A stretch of 64,000 bases of DNA from Candidatus Dojkabacteria bacterium (GCA_030583785.1 CP129475.1:1106209-1170208), one strand, 5' to 3'. Shown: positions 10,003-20,192, numbered from the stretch's first letter. Numbers and translations are program-made. Notes: generated by a model from the letters alone, not told the origin.

Positions 10003-10484
10003 TAGATTATTAGATTTGACTTAATTCTTTTAATAATTCGATTGTGTATTACTTTTACATTATTGATTGTAATCCCAAGTGTAGTAGCAATTTCGTTATA
10101 TGTTCTGCCCTGAAAGTACTTAAGCTCGATGACTTTTTTGTCTCTCGTATTTAGGAGGCTTAATACATTATGGACAATGTTATTACTGCTTTTGATCTCT
10201 TCTGGTTTTTTTGTGTTTGTTTGACCAATTGTATCTTCAAAGCTACTTGTGATAAGTTCAATTCTGTATTTTCTCCTTAGGTAGTCATTGATTTTATTCT
10301 TAACTATTCGCAACAGATAAGAGTCGGTATTATTTTCTATAGTAACATTGCTTTTCCAGAGAGCAAGGAATGAATCTGCAACTATGTCTTCTGTATCGTG
10401 AATACTTGGAATCCTGCTATAGACATACCTAAATATCTTTTTAAAATTTATTTTGTAATAACTTGTAAACTCTGAGCTGGTCAT
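10002..10484 (-). CDS. ECF-type RNA polymerase sigma-70 family factor
   Basis: 160 aa. A region-2-like N-terminus ('DIVADSFLALWKS') and a region-4 HTH ('TYNEIATTLGITINNVKVIHNRIIKRIK'). Confidence 0.75.
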   Translation of the reverse strand: MTSSEFTSYYKINFKKIFRYVYSRIPSIHDTEDIVADSFLALWKSNVTIENNTDSYLLRIVKNKINDYLRRKYRIELITSSFEDTIGQTNTKKPEEIKSSNNIVHNVLSLLNTRDKKVIELKYFQGRTYNEIATTLGITINNVKVIHNRIIKRIKSNLII

Positions 10485-10789
10485 TACTCAAGGCTTCCAA
10501 AATCTTCAAAATCATTCTCGTAGTTTAAACTGTTCATATCCCTAGTTATATCGTTTATTAGACTATCTATCTCATTTTTGTAGGTTTCTGGCAGTTTGTC
10601 GCTATCATCCTCTTCACCGAGTAAAAAGGGCTCATCAAATACAGGAATATCTTCAAGGTCGTTAACAGTGATATCTGTCAATGTATCGATCTGTTCATCT
10701 TTTTGGATATTGTTTTGTCTAGACATGTTAATAACTATCGCTGCAACTATTAGAACTAAAGACACGATTAGTACTATTTTAGTTTTCAT
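10484..10789 (-). CDS. secreted acidic protein, hypothetical
   Basis: 101 aa with an N-terminal signal/TM segment and an acidic C-terminal half. Confidence 0.4.
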   Translation of the reverse strand: MKTKIVLIVSLVLIVAAIVINMSRQNNIQKDEQIDTLTDITVNDLEDIPVFDEPFLLGEEDDSDKLPETYKNEIDSLINDITRDMNSLNYENDFEDFGSLE

Positions 10790-10798
10790 GCTTATTGA

Positions 10799-11320
10799 TT
10801 AGTTTGATCTCGATGTATTAAGTAAAGCTCTTAACTCTGGCTTAATCTCGTCATTGATCATGATTCTGATTTCGAGGGCTTTCTCTCTTGCTTTTAGTAA
10901 ATTATTTCTTGCCCTCGTTATTGCTTGCTTGTATTCACCTTCATTGTTCCCGCATACATGGTTTTTAGAGTCGTTTAACTCTTTAATCACTTGATTGTAT
11001 TCGTATGCGAATTCTCTTACTTTTTGATTAAGTTCACCAAGACTAGCTTTAAGATCTTCGACATCGTAACCTTCATTCTCAAGTCTTGTTATTAATTCCG
11101 TCACCTTCTGATAGATGTTTTGATATCTTTCGACATGTCTGTTTTTGTTCTGCTCGTATCTGCTGGTTATTAAATCAACTCTTTGAGTAACAATGGTGCA
11201 TCGATTTGCAACTCTTTCTCTTGCTTGTGAATTATCTTGTGCTACAGCTGGACTAGCACTTAAAAGGCTGAGTGAAACTAGGGAAATAATCACTAAGAAT
11301 GTTTTGATGAGTACATTCAT
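10799..11320 (-). CDS. secreted coiled-coil protein, hypothetical
   Basis: 173 aa with signal peptide 'LSLLSASPAVAQ' and charged heptad-like sequence. Confidence 0.4.
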   Translation of the reverse strand: MNVLIKTFLVIISLVSLSLLSASPAVAQDNSQARERVANRCTIVTQRVDLITSRYEQNKNRHVERYQNIYQKVTELITRLENEGYDVEDLKASLGELNQKVREFAYEYNQVIKELNDSKNHVCGNNEGEYKQAITRARNNLLKAREKALEIRIMINDEIKPELRALLNTSRSN

Positions 11321-11393
11321 AATAAATTGAGAATAATATGTATATAATATAAGTCGTTTGAGGGTTACAAGGCTAGCGGTTTAAAAAAACTAT

Positions 11394-12341
11394 CTAAAAA
11401 GCTAGTTCACTAATAACAAATACAACATAGATTGATAAAAGAATAGCACTTTCTTTTTGCGACAGAAAACTACGGGAGCGCATGAAAATAAAGAACAAAA
11501 TGAATCCAAGCACTGAGAATATTAAGAGTTTAGTAAAGTTTGCATCTAATACAATTCCACCAGATACTAGCCCCAGAACTGACATAATCAGCGGATTGAA
11601 TAGTGCAGATCCGAGATAGTTGCCAAATCCAATTTCTGATCTTCCTTTTATGGCAGCAATAATAACAAGTGAGATTTCTGGTAGATTTGTACCTATTGAA
11701 AGTCCAATCAAGGCAAGTATAAAAGGCGAGAGGTTGATACTTGATCCTATTTTGTCGATTCCTTCAACTAGTATGTTGCTGGAAAAGATTAGGATAATTG
11801 ATCCAACTGTAACGAAACTTAAGGCTAAGGCAACTTTTGAGTGGTGTAGTTTAGCAATTTTTCTTTTATTGCGAACCTTTTTCGCAGAGGCCTTATCTCC
11901 GAAGTAAAGAAAAAGTGCCAGTATTACATACATAACAAACATGGACCAGCTTTCTTGAAGCGATAGTACATTGTCCAGTAAAAAAATATGTGGAACCAGT
12001 AAAAATAATATGCAAAGAAAAGTGTTTCTAACACCGAAGCCGTTGCTGAGATGAATCCCCTTTGCTAGCATTCCTAAGAGCGGGATTACAAACATCAGCA
12101 GGACTAGAGAGCCTCCAAGCAGATTGCCCACAGAGATTTCAAGTCTATCTTCGATGAAAGAATTATACGCAACACTAACCTCTGTGAGTGATGTGAATAG
12201 GCCTAGAATAAAAAAAGAAACAATGAACGAAGAACTGTTCAACTTTTTGGCAATTTCGTCAATCGGTTTAACCGCCAAGGTTGCTCCTATCCAAATTCCT
12301 ACAAATGCTATTAAGATTATTATCCAGTCGTTAAGTAACAT
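11394..12341 (-). CDS. Ca2+:cation antiporter (CaCA / Na+-Ca2+ exchanger) family membrane protein
   Basis: 315 aa polytopic protein with duplicated alpha-repeat motifs 'GNLLGGSLVLL' and 'GNYLGSALFN', plus 'GTNLPEI'. Confidence 0.75.
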   Translation of the reverse strand: MLLNDWIIILIAFVGIWIGATLAVKPIDEIAKKLNSSSFIVSFFILGLFTSLTEVSVAYNSFIEDRLEISVGNLLGGSLVLLMFVIPLLGMLAKGIHLSNGFGVRNTFLCILFLLVPHIFLLDNVLSLQESWSMFVMYVILALFLYFGDKASAKKVRNKRKIAKLHHSKVALALSFVTVGSIILIFSSNILVEGIDKIGSSINLSPFILALIGLSIGTNLPEISLVIIAAIKGRSEIGFGNYLGSALFNPLIMSVLGLVSGGIVLDANFTKLLIFSVLGFILFFIFMRSRSFLSQKESAILLSIYVVFVISELAF

Positions 12342-12420
12342 ACTATTGATTAATAGAATCTATGAAATTCTCTATTAGATTGATTGAGAAGTAAATAGTT
12401 GTGATTACTATTTTGCATAG

Positions 12421-12497
12421 TGGTCGGGGTGGGCAGACTCGAACTGCCGACCTCGCGCACCCGAAGCGCGCATTCTAGCCAACTGAACTACACCCCG
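12421..12497 (-). tRNA. tRNA-Pro (anticodon CGG), CCA encoded
   Basis: Reverse complement CGGGGTG...CACCCCGACCA. Anticodon stem CGCGC/GCGCG with loop TTCGGGT. An alternative register would give Arg-TCG but has a worse stem. A paralogue 100 nt away reads Pro-GGG. Confidence 0.65.
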
Positions 12498-12503
12498 TGA
12501 AGA

Positions 12504-12590
12504 TGGTGCCAGAGGAGGGAATTGAACCCTCACTCCGATAAAAGAACACGGCTCTGAACCGTGCGCGTCTACCAGTTCCGCCACTCTGGC
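12504..12590 (-). tRNA. tRNA-Leu (anticodon CAG), long variable arm, CCA encoded
   Basis: Reverse complement GCCAGAG...CTCTGGCACCA. Anticodon stem CACGG/CCGTG with loop TTCAGAG, a 17-nt variable arm and T-loop TTCAATT. Confidence 0.8.
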
Positions 12591-12595
12591 AAAAA

Positions 12596-12669
12596 TCGGG
12601 GTGACTAGACTCGAACTAGCGACCTCACGCACCCCATGCGTGCGTTCTAGCCAACTGAACTACACCCCG
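12596..12669 (-). tRNA. tRNA-Pro (anticodon GGG)
   Basis: Reverse complement CGGGGTGTAGTTCAGTTGGCTAGAACGCACGCATGGGGTGCGTG..., anticodon loop ATGGGGT. Its 5' half is nearly identical to the Pro-CGG gene. Confidence 0.7.
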
Positions 12670-12749
12670 AAGTGCAGATATTATACACCTCAAGATAAAC
12701 TTGAGAAACACTTGCCGTCTTTCGTCAGTCTGATTATTATCTATATAAG

Positions 12750-13634
12750 ATGCGCAATAAATCTTCGCATAAACTCAAGCTAATCAAGTTTCGTTCCTCT
12801 CTCACAAGAGGGTTAAATTTCGATCTTTTTTCGAATCGTTATGTCCTTGCTCTGGCTACGGTTTCCATGTTGGTTGCATTTATTTATCAATTGTTAGAAG
12901 GCGATCTTGCCAGCATGTTTTGGTCTGTTCCTTATGTAGGTGTCTATTCTTTTCTGATTTGGGCCTTAGCCAGAGAAATTGATCCAGATCATAATCTGAC
13001 TGCATATATTTCTTCGGCGCTGAGTGCTGTATTATTAGTGTTTATGCCCGTCTACTTTAATCAAGCTCTACTGCTTATTTTTCTGTTGGTTGTCTTGTCA
13101 AGGATGATTTCCAGAATAAATGGTAATAAAGCGAGTTTAATAGATAGTGTCTTGTTAACAACGCTTACTTTGACGATTACAGTTATTGGTCGAAACTTTC
13201 TCGTTCCATTATTCACGAGTATTGCCTTCCTTTTTGACTTTCTTCTTATTGGCTCTAATAAGCGAGCAGGAATCTTTACTTTGATTAATGGTCTTATCAG
13301 TTTGTATTTTGTTTATAACCATGGTGCATCTATCTCTCAACATCGATTAGTCGGAGAACATTTCTTTCTAATTCTTTATCTTGTTGTTGTATTTCTTGTT
13401 TATGCATTATTCATTGGTAGATCTGTTCAAGCTCAAGACGATTTGAACAATACAAAACTTGAAGATCGCAGAATTTTTTCGGTTAGAATACTTTTTCTTT
13501 GGACAACTGCCGTATTGTCGATACAGGGTGGAACAACAGCTTTAGCAGGCCTTGCCGGCCTCTGGATTATATTACTAACTGCACCGCTAGTTTCGTTAAC
13601 ACATAAACTAATTAAGATTGGACCAAAAAAATAA
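12750..13634 (+). CDS. integral membrane protein, hypothetical
   Basis: 294 aa with multiple hydrophobic helices. The true start may be internal. Confidence 0.4.
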   Translation: MRNKSSHKLKLIKFRSSLTRGLNFDLFSNRYVLALATVSMLVAFIYQLLEGDLASMFWSVPYVGVYSFLIWALAREIDPDHNLTAYISSALSAVLLVFMPVYFNQALLLIFLLVVLSRMISRINGNKASLIDSVLLTTLTLTITVIGRNFLVPLFTSIAFLFDFLLIGSNKRAGIFTLINGLISLYFVYNHGASISQHRLVGEHFFLILYLVVVFLVYALFIGRSVQAQDDLNNTKLEDRRIFSVRILFLWTTAVLSIQGGTTALAGLAGLWIILLTAPLVSLTHKLIKIGPKK

Positions 13635-13813
13635 CAACAAAAAGATTTTCTTTCCAGATATCGGAGACTCCTTATTTACTGCTGATTTTATTATTGGTCA
13701 GATTCCGGTGATCTGTATTGATGACAGTGAAGATATTAAAGAAAAGAAGAAAAAATATATTAAAAGAAAGTTGGCCTCTTTACGAAGTAGCTTACGTACT
13801 CCATAATTATTAA

Positions 13814-14281
13814 ATGGAAAACCCCAAACAATTAGCCTTAGAGTTTCTAAAGCAAAACAAAATCGGAGTGCTGGCAACAGCCAATGCAGAAGGTGCCCCA
13901 CACGGTACTCTTGTATATTATGTTATTGATAATGACTTTAACCTTTATTTCGTTACTAAACTAGACACCACAAAAGCAAAAAACATTGCTCAAAACCCAC
14001 GAGTAGCTTTTGTTGTTGGAACCAAAGACGAACCAGTTACAGCCCAGTTGCAAGGCAAAGCCGCGCATTTTCAAGGCCCTACTGAGGTCAAGTTAATTGA
14101 TCAAATCCTTGCTATAGCACATACCGGAAATTACCATTGGCCACCAATCTTGCAGATTCAAGCAGGAAAGCCGGCGGTTTTTGTAATCGAAGTTCATAGA
14201 GTACAGTTCTACGATGAAAGGATAGTAGATTTACCCGAAAACAACTACGCTGAATTTTTTATTGAAAGAGCAAATACATGA
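13814..14281 (+). CDS. pyridoxamine 5'-phosphate oxidase-like FMN-binding split-barrel protein
   Basis: 155 aa. The 'GVLATANAEGAPHGTLVYYV' N-terminus matches the PNPOx-like / general-stress-protein-26 fold family. Confidence 0.55.
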   Translation: MENPKQLALEFLKQNKIGVLATANAEGAPHGTLVYYVIDNDFNLYFVTKLDTTKAKNIAQNPRVAFVVGTKDEPVTAQLQGKAAHFQGPTEVKLIDQILAIAHTGNYHWPPILQIQAGKPAVFVIEVHRVQFYDERIVDLPENNYAEFFIERANT

Positions 14282-14631
14282 TGAACTTTAGTCATAATTC
14301 CCGAACACTTTTTGCGCTAGGGTCGTTTCTTATGTGGTTATCACTTGTCATCCTCGTATTTATTGATTCAACGGGACAGCTTGGACAGCAGGGTGATGTG
14401 CTTGTTGCTTTGCAGGAACATAGCTTTACTAGGATTATGTTCGCGGATATTGGTGCGTTATCTACTGTTGCAGCAATATGGATATTCTTCTCCAATAACA
14501 ATCTGAAAAGCAGATTTCTGTTTGCTCCGCTGACCTTGTTTGTCGGTTCTTTCTCGCTCCTACTATATTTAGTTGTCTACTTTTTAGCTACAGGAGATGA
14601 AACAACGAAGAAAAAAAAGTCTGATAGATAA
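14278..14631 (+). CDS. small membrane protein, hypothetical
   Basis: 117 aa with 3-4 TM helices. It overlaps its neighbours. Confidence 0.35.
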   Translation: MMNFSHNSRTLFALGSFLMWLSLVILVFIDSTGQLGQQGDVLVALQEHSFTRIMFADIGALSTVAAIWIFFSNNNLKSRFLFAPLTLFVGSFSLLLYLVVYFLATGDETTKKKKSDR

Positions 14632-15187
14632 TCTCCTTAGAAGTGGGATGCAAATAAGTCCCTCTATGCCGATTTATGCAAAAATTACCTACATTAATAT
14701 ATCCGGTTTTTTTGGAATTACTGTATTCTTTGTGTACGGTATCGTGCATATACTTAGGGGAAGCAGTGCTTTAGGTTTATTTGAACTGGCAATTTCTCTG
14801 GGATTTATTGTTGGGTTAGTCCTCTTAAGGCTGTCTGCTTCAATTTCATATACTCAAATCGTTACATCTGTTCTAATTTATATAAGCTCTGCTGTTCTTA
14901 TTATAACTGGTGGCTTATCAGGAACCGGCATCTATTGGTTGTTGGTATTTCCAATAATCTTAATGAATTTTTGGGGTTGTTATAAGGGAATCATATGGGT
15001 TACAGGAAGTCTTGTTGTTATTTCAACCTTGCTTCTGCTTTCCTATTTCGGGCTATTGCCAATCTACTATGATAAACCTGAAGTGCTTGTAATCAGTGTG
15101 GCAATAATCGTTCAGACAATATTCTTATGGCTTAAGGAGTATTTATGTAATTGTAGTAACAGAGATATCGTTCATGGCTCAAAGTAG
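14597..15187 (+). CDS. stand-alone polytopic membrane sensor-module protein (paralogue of the following kinase's N-terminal domain)
   Basis: 196 aa. The 'GIYWLLVFPIILMNFWGCYKGIIW' block is alignable to 'GLYWLFVFPPSIFLIWGRSKSIYW' in the adjacent histidine kinase. Confidence 0.4.
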   Translation: MKQRRKKSLIDNLLRSGMQISPSMPIYAKITYINISGFFGITVFFVYGIVHILRGSSALGLFELAISLGFIVGLVLLRLSASISYTQIVTSVLIYISSAVLIITGGLSGTGIYWLLVFPIILMNFWGCYKGIIWVTGSLVVISTLLLLSYFGLLPIYYDKPEVLVISVAIIVQTIFLWLKEYLCNCSNRDIVHGSK

Positions 15188-16883
15188 CGATCCACAAAAC
15201 AGATTTACAGGAATATTTGAAGGCAAGCAGACCTCACAAGAAGAGATATACAGGATATCAACTGTTCGAGGATTGATGATGCTTGCACTGCTGGTTACCT
15301 TGGCATTAGTAACAATAAATGCTTTCGCAGGTAATACAACTCTAGCCATAGCAGAAATCGTAATAGGACTTGCCATAATTGTTGGTTTAGTATCACTACA
15401 CAGGCAAGAGAATGTAATTATTGCTCGCTGGATAGTTGGATTTGTGATGCTTTACTATTTGATACTCGTTATTGCTTTGGGTGGCTTCAGGAATTTGGGA
15501 TTATACTGGCTTTTTGTTTTTCCGCCTTCGATCTTTTTGATTTGGGGAAGAAGCAAGTCCATCTACTGGTTTGTCGTATTCTTTTCCATATGCATTCTAT
15601 CAGCAGTCCTTGTTCTTTTGGGAGCTCTGTATTCACCTTACGAACCACTTGAGATAGCGATTTTCTCTTTAGGATTCTTATTATCAATAATTTATATCTA
15701 CCGATATCAGAATTACCTAGAAGAGCAAAAGACTTCTTTAGACCATGTTTCTTTGATGTATAAAGAAGCTGCTGACGAAGCACAAGAAAACCAAGAAAGA
15801 CTCGTAAAAATATTGTTCTCAATTGGAGACGCGGTAATCGTGCTTGATAAAGACAGAAAGATAACGATGGTAAATCCGATTGCAGAACAAATTTCCGGAT
15901 TTACTTCAGATTTGTTAATTGGGACAAAGTTATTCGAAGTGCTTCGCTTTGTTCATGCTGATTCAGGGTCCGATCAGAGTAACTTTGTGGATACGGTTTA
16001 TAACTCTGGCAGAGTCACAAATATGGATCGAGACACAATATTAATTACTAAATCAGAAGAACGAATACCAGTTGGAGATTCAGCCGCTCCAATCTTTGGA
16101 GTCGATGGTCAGGTAAATGGTTGTATCATTGTTTTTCGAGATATAACCCAAGAAAGCGAAATTGACAAGATGAAAAGCGAGTTTGTTTCTTTGGCTTCGC
16201 ATCAACTGCAAACACCGATCACACAATTACTTTATACTCTTGAACTGCTTCAGGATAAGAATCTTCTTGAAGCAGATATAAAACCAGAAGATCTTTTACA
16301 ACAAGCTGTAAAGGTCACCGAAGAAATGCGGGATCTCGTAAAGGATCTGCTTGATGTATCTAGAATAGAAAGCGGGAAAAAATTCAATCTGGTTTTTAAA
16401 CAGGAAAACATGTTGAGTTTGTTACAAGAGGTGATATCTGAGGTTAAGCCAACCTCAGAACAAAGAGGCATTAACATTGAGCTATCTGCAGCTTCTGGAT
16501 GCGAAAATGTTCAAATCGAAATGGACAGGTCGAAAATCAAAGAGGTGATCTTGAATCTTCTCAGTAATGCAGTCAAGTATTCTAAACCTACTCAAATTGT
16601 AAAGGTTAGAGTTCTTTGTAATAAAGAAAATATGGTTGTACAAATTGAAGATAATGGGATTGGTATACCAAAAAACGAGCAGAGCCGAATATTCACGAAG
16701 CTTTTTAGAGCCAACAATGTAAGATCGCAAGAGATTGAGGGAACAGGTTTAGGTTTATATATTGCAAAAAGTATAATTGAAGCACATTCGGGTCGAATTT
16801 ACTTTGAATCAGTTGAGAATGTGCATACAATCTTCACATTCGAACTGCCATTTAAACAACTCCTGATTGCAGAACAAGAATAA
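15174..16883 (+). CDS. sensor histidine kinase (membrane module - PAS - HisKA - HATPase_c)
   Basis: PAS-like region 'ITMVNPIAEQISGF', H-box 'SLASHQLQTPIT', N-box 'LLSNAVKYS' and G-box 'GTGLGLYIAKSII'. Confidence 0.8.
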   Translation: MAQSSDPQNRFTGIFEGKQTSQEEIYRISTVRGLMMLALLVTLALVTINAFAGNTTLAIAEIVIGLAIIVGLVSLHRQENVIIARWIVGFVMLYYLILVIALGGFRNLGLYWLFVFPPSIFLIWGRSKSIYWFVVFFSICILSAVLVLLGALYSPYEPLEIAIFSLGFLLSIIYIYRYQNYLEEQKTSLDHVSLMYKEAADEAQENQERLVKILFSIGDAVIVLDKDRKITMVNPIAEQISGFTSDLLIGTKLFEVLRFVHADSGSDQSNFVDTVYNSGRVTNMDRDTILITKSEERIPVGDSAAPIFGVDGQVNGCIIVFRDITQESEIDKMKSEFVSLASHQLQTPITQLLYTLELLQDKNLLEADIKPEDLLQQAVKVTEEMRDLVKDLLDVSRIESGKKFNLVFKQENMLSLLQEVISEVKPTSEQRGINIELSAASGCENVQIEMDRSKIKEVILNLLSNAVKYSKPTQIVKVRVLCNKENMVVQIEDNGIGIPKNEQSRIFTKLFRANNVRSQEIEGTGLGLYIAKSIIEAHSGRIYFESVENVHTIFTFELPFKQLLIAEQE

Positions 16884-16886
16884 AGG

Positions 16887-17549
16887 ATGGCTAGATCAAA
16901 GCAGAAAAAGTTTGCAGACTTCAACAAATCTAAATATGCTTTTGATTACAAGAACGAAATCCAACTAAAGTTATTAAAAGAGGCTTTGGCAGTAGGGACT
17001 TCTGTTGTTATTGAGCTTGGTTGTGGAAAGGGGGCTTACACTATAGCTTTAGCAGAAAAGAATGAAGACGGGTTATTCCTAGGTGTAGATATTCAAGGCG
17101 AGCGACTTGCATTTGCCTGCAAGGCTGCGGAAGACAAGAAACTTTCTAACTGTCGCTTTTTTAGAGCCCCGATCCAAAGAATTGACGAATTCCTTGAACC
17201 GTTATCTATTGATTCGATTTGGTTAACATTTCCCGATCCATTTCCCCGGTTAAGGCAGGCGAAGAGAAGACTAACTTCGTTAGGGTTTTTGCAGAAATAC
17301 AAAGAGATCCTAAAAAATGAGGGTATCATTCATCTAAAGACAGATTCTTTTGAGTTGGCAAATTTTACGAAGGAACAAATCGACAAGGCAAATTATCTAA
17401 AAGCTATTACAGATATCTGTAATGTAGATTCTTTGCCACCAGATCATGAAGCACGACTAGTTCAAACAGACTTTGAAAAGAAGCATAGGTCGAAAGGCGC
17501 AACTATTTATTATCTTTCGGCTCGTTTAATAGAGGATCCTGCTCAATAA
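16887..17549 (+). CDS. trmB: tRNA (guanine46-N7)-methyltransferase
   Basis: 220 aa. SAM motif 'VIELGCGKGAYTIALAEKN' and 'IWLTFPDPFP' are characteristic of TrmB. Confidence 0.75.
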   Translation: MARSKQKKFADFNKSKYAFDYKNEIQLKLLKEALAVGTSVVIELGCGKGAYTIALAEKNEDGLFLGVDIQGERLAFACKAAEDKKLSNCRFFRAPIQRIDEFLEPLSIDSIWLTFPDPFPRLRQAKRRLTSLGFLQKYKEILKNEGIIHLKTDSFELANFTKEQIDKANYLKAITDICNVDSLPPDHEARLVQTDFEKKHRSKGATIYYLSARLIEDPAQ

Positions 17550-18147
17550 TTTCGATAAAACTATCATGGATAAGTAGAGATTGAAAATCAGTGAATGCAA
17601 TAATTGAATCAATTGTAGAACTTACTTTAAATAGATTAGCAAAAGATTCAGAATACTTCGGATTTCCCAGATGTGGAATAGGTAAGAAATCTACAAGCGA
17701 TAATGCTTTTGTTGAAGGCATATCATCAGGGGCTTGATCAAAGAATCTTATAGGACTAATGTCTTTTGCTGCAAGGACTGATCCGGCGCTTGAACCAAAA
17801 TAGATTGTGCCATCGTTAACTCTACCTCTGCATTGTGAAAGAAAACCACTTTCGTTAGCGATATTTAACAAATCAAATGTGTTCCCGCCAGCAACAAAAA
17901 TAACATTTGCTTTGCATAATCTATCGTAGAGGAACGAGTCTTGAACTTCTTTTAGATCGATAATATCGAGATTATAACCTAATTTTTTCAGTGCGTTCTT
18001 ATCGTTGATCATAAACCAAGGATCTGGATATCTATCTGCCGCGTTGGGAATAAAAGCAACTCTTGTGTTTACTGGATTTAATTCAAAAATCTTGGTAAAT
18101 TCGACAACCATATTTGCTGCGATAGAGCTTAGGAACAAATTCTTCAT
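17503..18147 (-). CDS. peptidase S51 family (dipeptidase E / cyanophycinase-like)
   Basis: 214 aa with 'VIFVAGGNTFDLL' and the nucleophile region 'YFGSSAGSV'. Confidence 0.55.
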   Translation of the reverse strand: MKNLFLSSIAANMVVEFTKIFELNPVNTRVAFIPNAADRYPDPWFMINDKNALKKLGYNLDIIDLKEVQDSFLYDRLCKANVIFVAGGNTFDLLNIANESGFLSQCRGRVNDGTIYFGSSAGSVLAAKDISPIRFFDQAPDDMPSTKALSLVDFLPIPHLGNPKYSESFANLFKVSSTIDSIIAFTDFQSLLIHDSFIEIIEQDPLLNEPKDNK

Positions 18148-18602
18148 GATTCTTTTTTAATCTCAACTTTATTTCTGGTAATGCTTTGCAAGGTCTGAAT
18201 TAACTGCTCGGGATTCTTGGTACCGATGACATAAACAGTATCATCTCTGAGTATTATTTTTACAGCTTTGTAGCCGTCGACACTGTATATCCATCCATTA
18301 GCTAGAGGTTTAATCCCCCAAGTATAAAACAATGGCTCCTCGAAATTGGAGATCTCTTTTATTTCTGAAACATCAATATTTTTTTTCAATATCCAGCCAA
18401 GTGTTATTGATATTTTGTAACGATCAACTTCGGTTCTCATGAATGAATAAAGCAGAAAGAAGAAGGACAAGAATAAGATAAGTCCAAAGCAAAGAATCGA
18501 GTATCCAAAAATATAACCTAGGTAAATTGATCCGACGATGCTACCTCCAATTAAGCCAATTAGGATCTTCCCAACTTGTGTTTCTTTGTAGAGAATATTC
18601 AT
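18144..18602 (-). CDS. membrane protein, hypothetical (bacterial PH-like?)
   Basis: 152 aa with two N-terminal TM helices and a soluble C-terminus. Confidence 0.35.
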   Translation of the reverse strand: MNILYKETQVGKILIGLIGGSIVGSIYLGYIFGYSILCFGLILFLSFFFLLYSFMRTEVDRYKISITLGWILKKNIDVSEIKEISNFEEPLFYTWGIKPLANGWIYSVDGYKAVKIILRDDTVYVIGTKNPEQLIQTLQSITRNKVEIKKES

Positions 18603-18686
18603 ATAGTTAATGATACATTCACTTATTAACTACTGCAATTTTTCCAGCCTAGATGACCTAACTTCTATATTCCTTTACAATGAATT

Positions 18687-20192
18687 ATGAAACGAATGTG
18701 GTTAAGGAAAAATGTAATGTTCAACTTGCTAATGGCACAAGATCAGAATAGTTTGGTCAACTTCAGCCAGCTTGAACCGAGTTTAGATCGAATGTATGAA
18801 ATTGGTATTCGCGCTCTATTTATTAATCCGTTTTTTGATACTGGAACAAGATTAAAAAAGACAGAGGTCGCTCATCGTTTTCCAAGAGGTGCTTTTAAGG
18901 GGAGTCCTTATGCCGTCTATGATCATATGTCTATAGAAGATGATCTGCTCTATGAATCCGACGATGATTATATCGATCAATCCAGCGCATTTAAAGACTT
19001 TGTAATTAAGGCACACAGAAGAGGTATCAGGGTGGTGTTAGATTTTATAACAAATCATACTAGTCACGACTTTCCCCTGCAGAAATATTATCCAGAATGG
19101 TTTTTATATAAAGAAGACATTCTGTCTTTGGAATCTCCCTATTTGAGCTTTGCGGATTTAGGGAAAAAATTGCCATGGGGCGATGCAAAGCACACAGTTA
19201 TTCCATTTATCAACGGGGATTTTTATTGGAGCGATACAGCTCAGTTAAACTGGGAAAAGGATTTGCCCCCAGCTCCCAATGAGCCTCCAAACAATCCATC
19301 TCTAAGAGCAATGTTCGATTATTTCATTACAGTCGCAAATTATTGGGTGGCGGAGTTTGGAGTTGATGGGTTTAGATGCGATCTTGCCGATAGAATCCCG
19401 CAAGAATTTTGGGTTGAATGCATATCTGCAGTAAAGAAGACAGCAGCTACTTATAAGCAGGGAGTTTATACGCTTGACGGTGATTCCATTTTTATTGCCG
19501 AGACAAGATCTCAGGATCGAGAAACCTTGCATGAAGCAGGATTTGATTTCGTTTACAGTAGTCTGGCTGAATCTCTTTTTGATAATCGTAAATTGAAAGA
19601 TTATTTAGGCAGTATCTCGGGCGAGAAGTGGTTAAACTTCACTGACACATATGATTTTTATCCTGATTCAAGGCTGCCTGAATCGGTTTATGAGAATATT
19701 AGCGATAAAGACCTATCCAGAAATAGTCCAGCATATTGGGCAATAGCAGCAACGCTTCCTGGGCTTGCTATGATGTATACGGGAATCGAAAAAAAATCTT
19801 GGCAGTTTTTCTTGGAAGCAAAAGATAATACCGACACTAATCACTCAAATGCCAATGCCTATGAAAAGATTAACGAAATACGAGCCACGCAAAAAGCTCT
19901 GTGGGGTAGCGAGATGCAGACCTTGGAGTGTAATGGAGAAAAGAGTGATGCTATTATTGCCTACCTGCGCGGTGTTGGCAAAGAGAAGCTAATCATTATT
20001 GTTAACACAAGTCGAGAAGATGTTTCTGATGTTTTTGTAGATGTGACTGTAGCTTTAGAGAGCTATGAGCGTAATTATATATTAAAGGATTTGGTTACCG
20101 GATCAATTTTCCTTAGAACTGGACCTATGTTGCAAATTGATCTTAAGGCACAGTCCTATCATATATTTAAAGTAGAAGAACAATGGGGTTAA
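18687..20192 (+). CDS. alpha-amylase family glycoside hydrolase (GH13)
   Basis: 501 aa with region I 'VVLDFITNHTSHD' and region II 'GFRCDLADRIP'. Confidence 0.65.
   Translation: MKRMWLRKNVMFNLLMAQDQNSLVNFSQLEPSLDRMYEIGIRALFINPFFDTGTRLKKTEVAHRFPRGAFKGSPYAVYDHMSIEDDLLYESDDDYIDQSSAFKDFVIKAHRRGIRVVLDFITNHTSHDFPLQKYYPEWFLYKEDILSLESPYLSFADLGKKLPWGDAKHTVIPFINGDFYWSDTAQLNWEKDLPPAPNEPPNNPSLRAMFDYFITVANYWVAEFGVDGFRCDLADRIPQEFWVECISAVKKTAATYKQGVYTLDGDSIFIAETRSQDRETLHEAGFDFVYSSLAESLFDNRKLKDYLGSISGEKWLNFTDTYDFYPDSRLPESVYENISDKDLSRNSPAYWAIAATLPGLAMMYTGIEKKSWQFFLEAKDNTDTNHSNANAYEKINEIRATQKALWGSEMQTLECNGEKSDAIIAYLRGVGKEKLIIIVNTSREDVSDVFVDVTVALESYERNYILKDLVTGSIFLRTGPMLQIDLKAQSYHIFKVEEQWG

Noticed and set aside
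12421-12497. Alternative reading of the first Pro tRNA as tRNA-Arg(TCG)
   Set aside because: Shifting the anticodon loop by one base gives TCG, but it requires a G-U-closed weaker stem and a 4-nt variable loop. The paralogous gene 100 nt away unambiguously reads Pro-GGG.
12408-12783. ORF-track CDSs 12408..12632 (-) and 12601..12783 (+)
   Set aside because: They lie entirely over three hand-folded tRNA genes (Pro-CGG, Leu-CAG, Pro-GGG). Their GC-rich 'protein' sequence is just translated tRNA.
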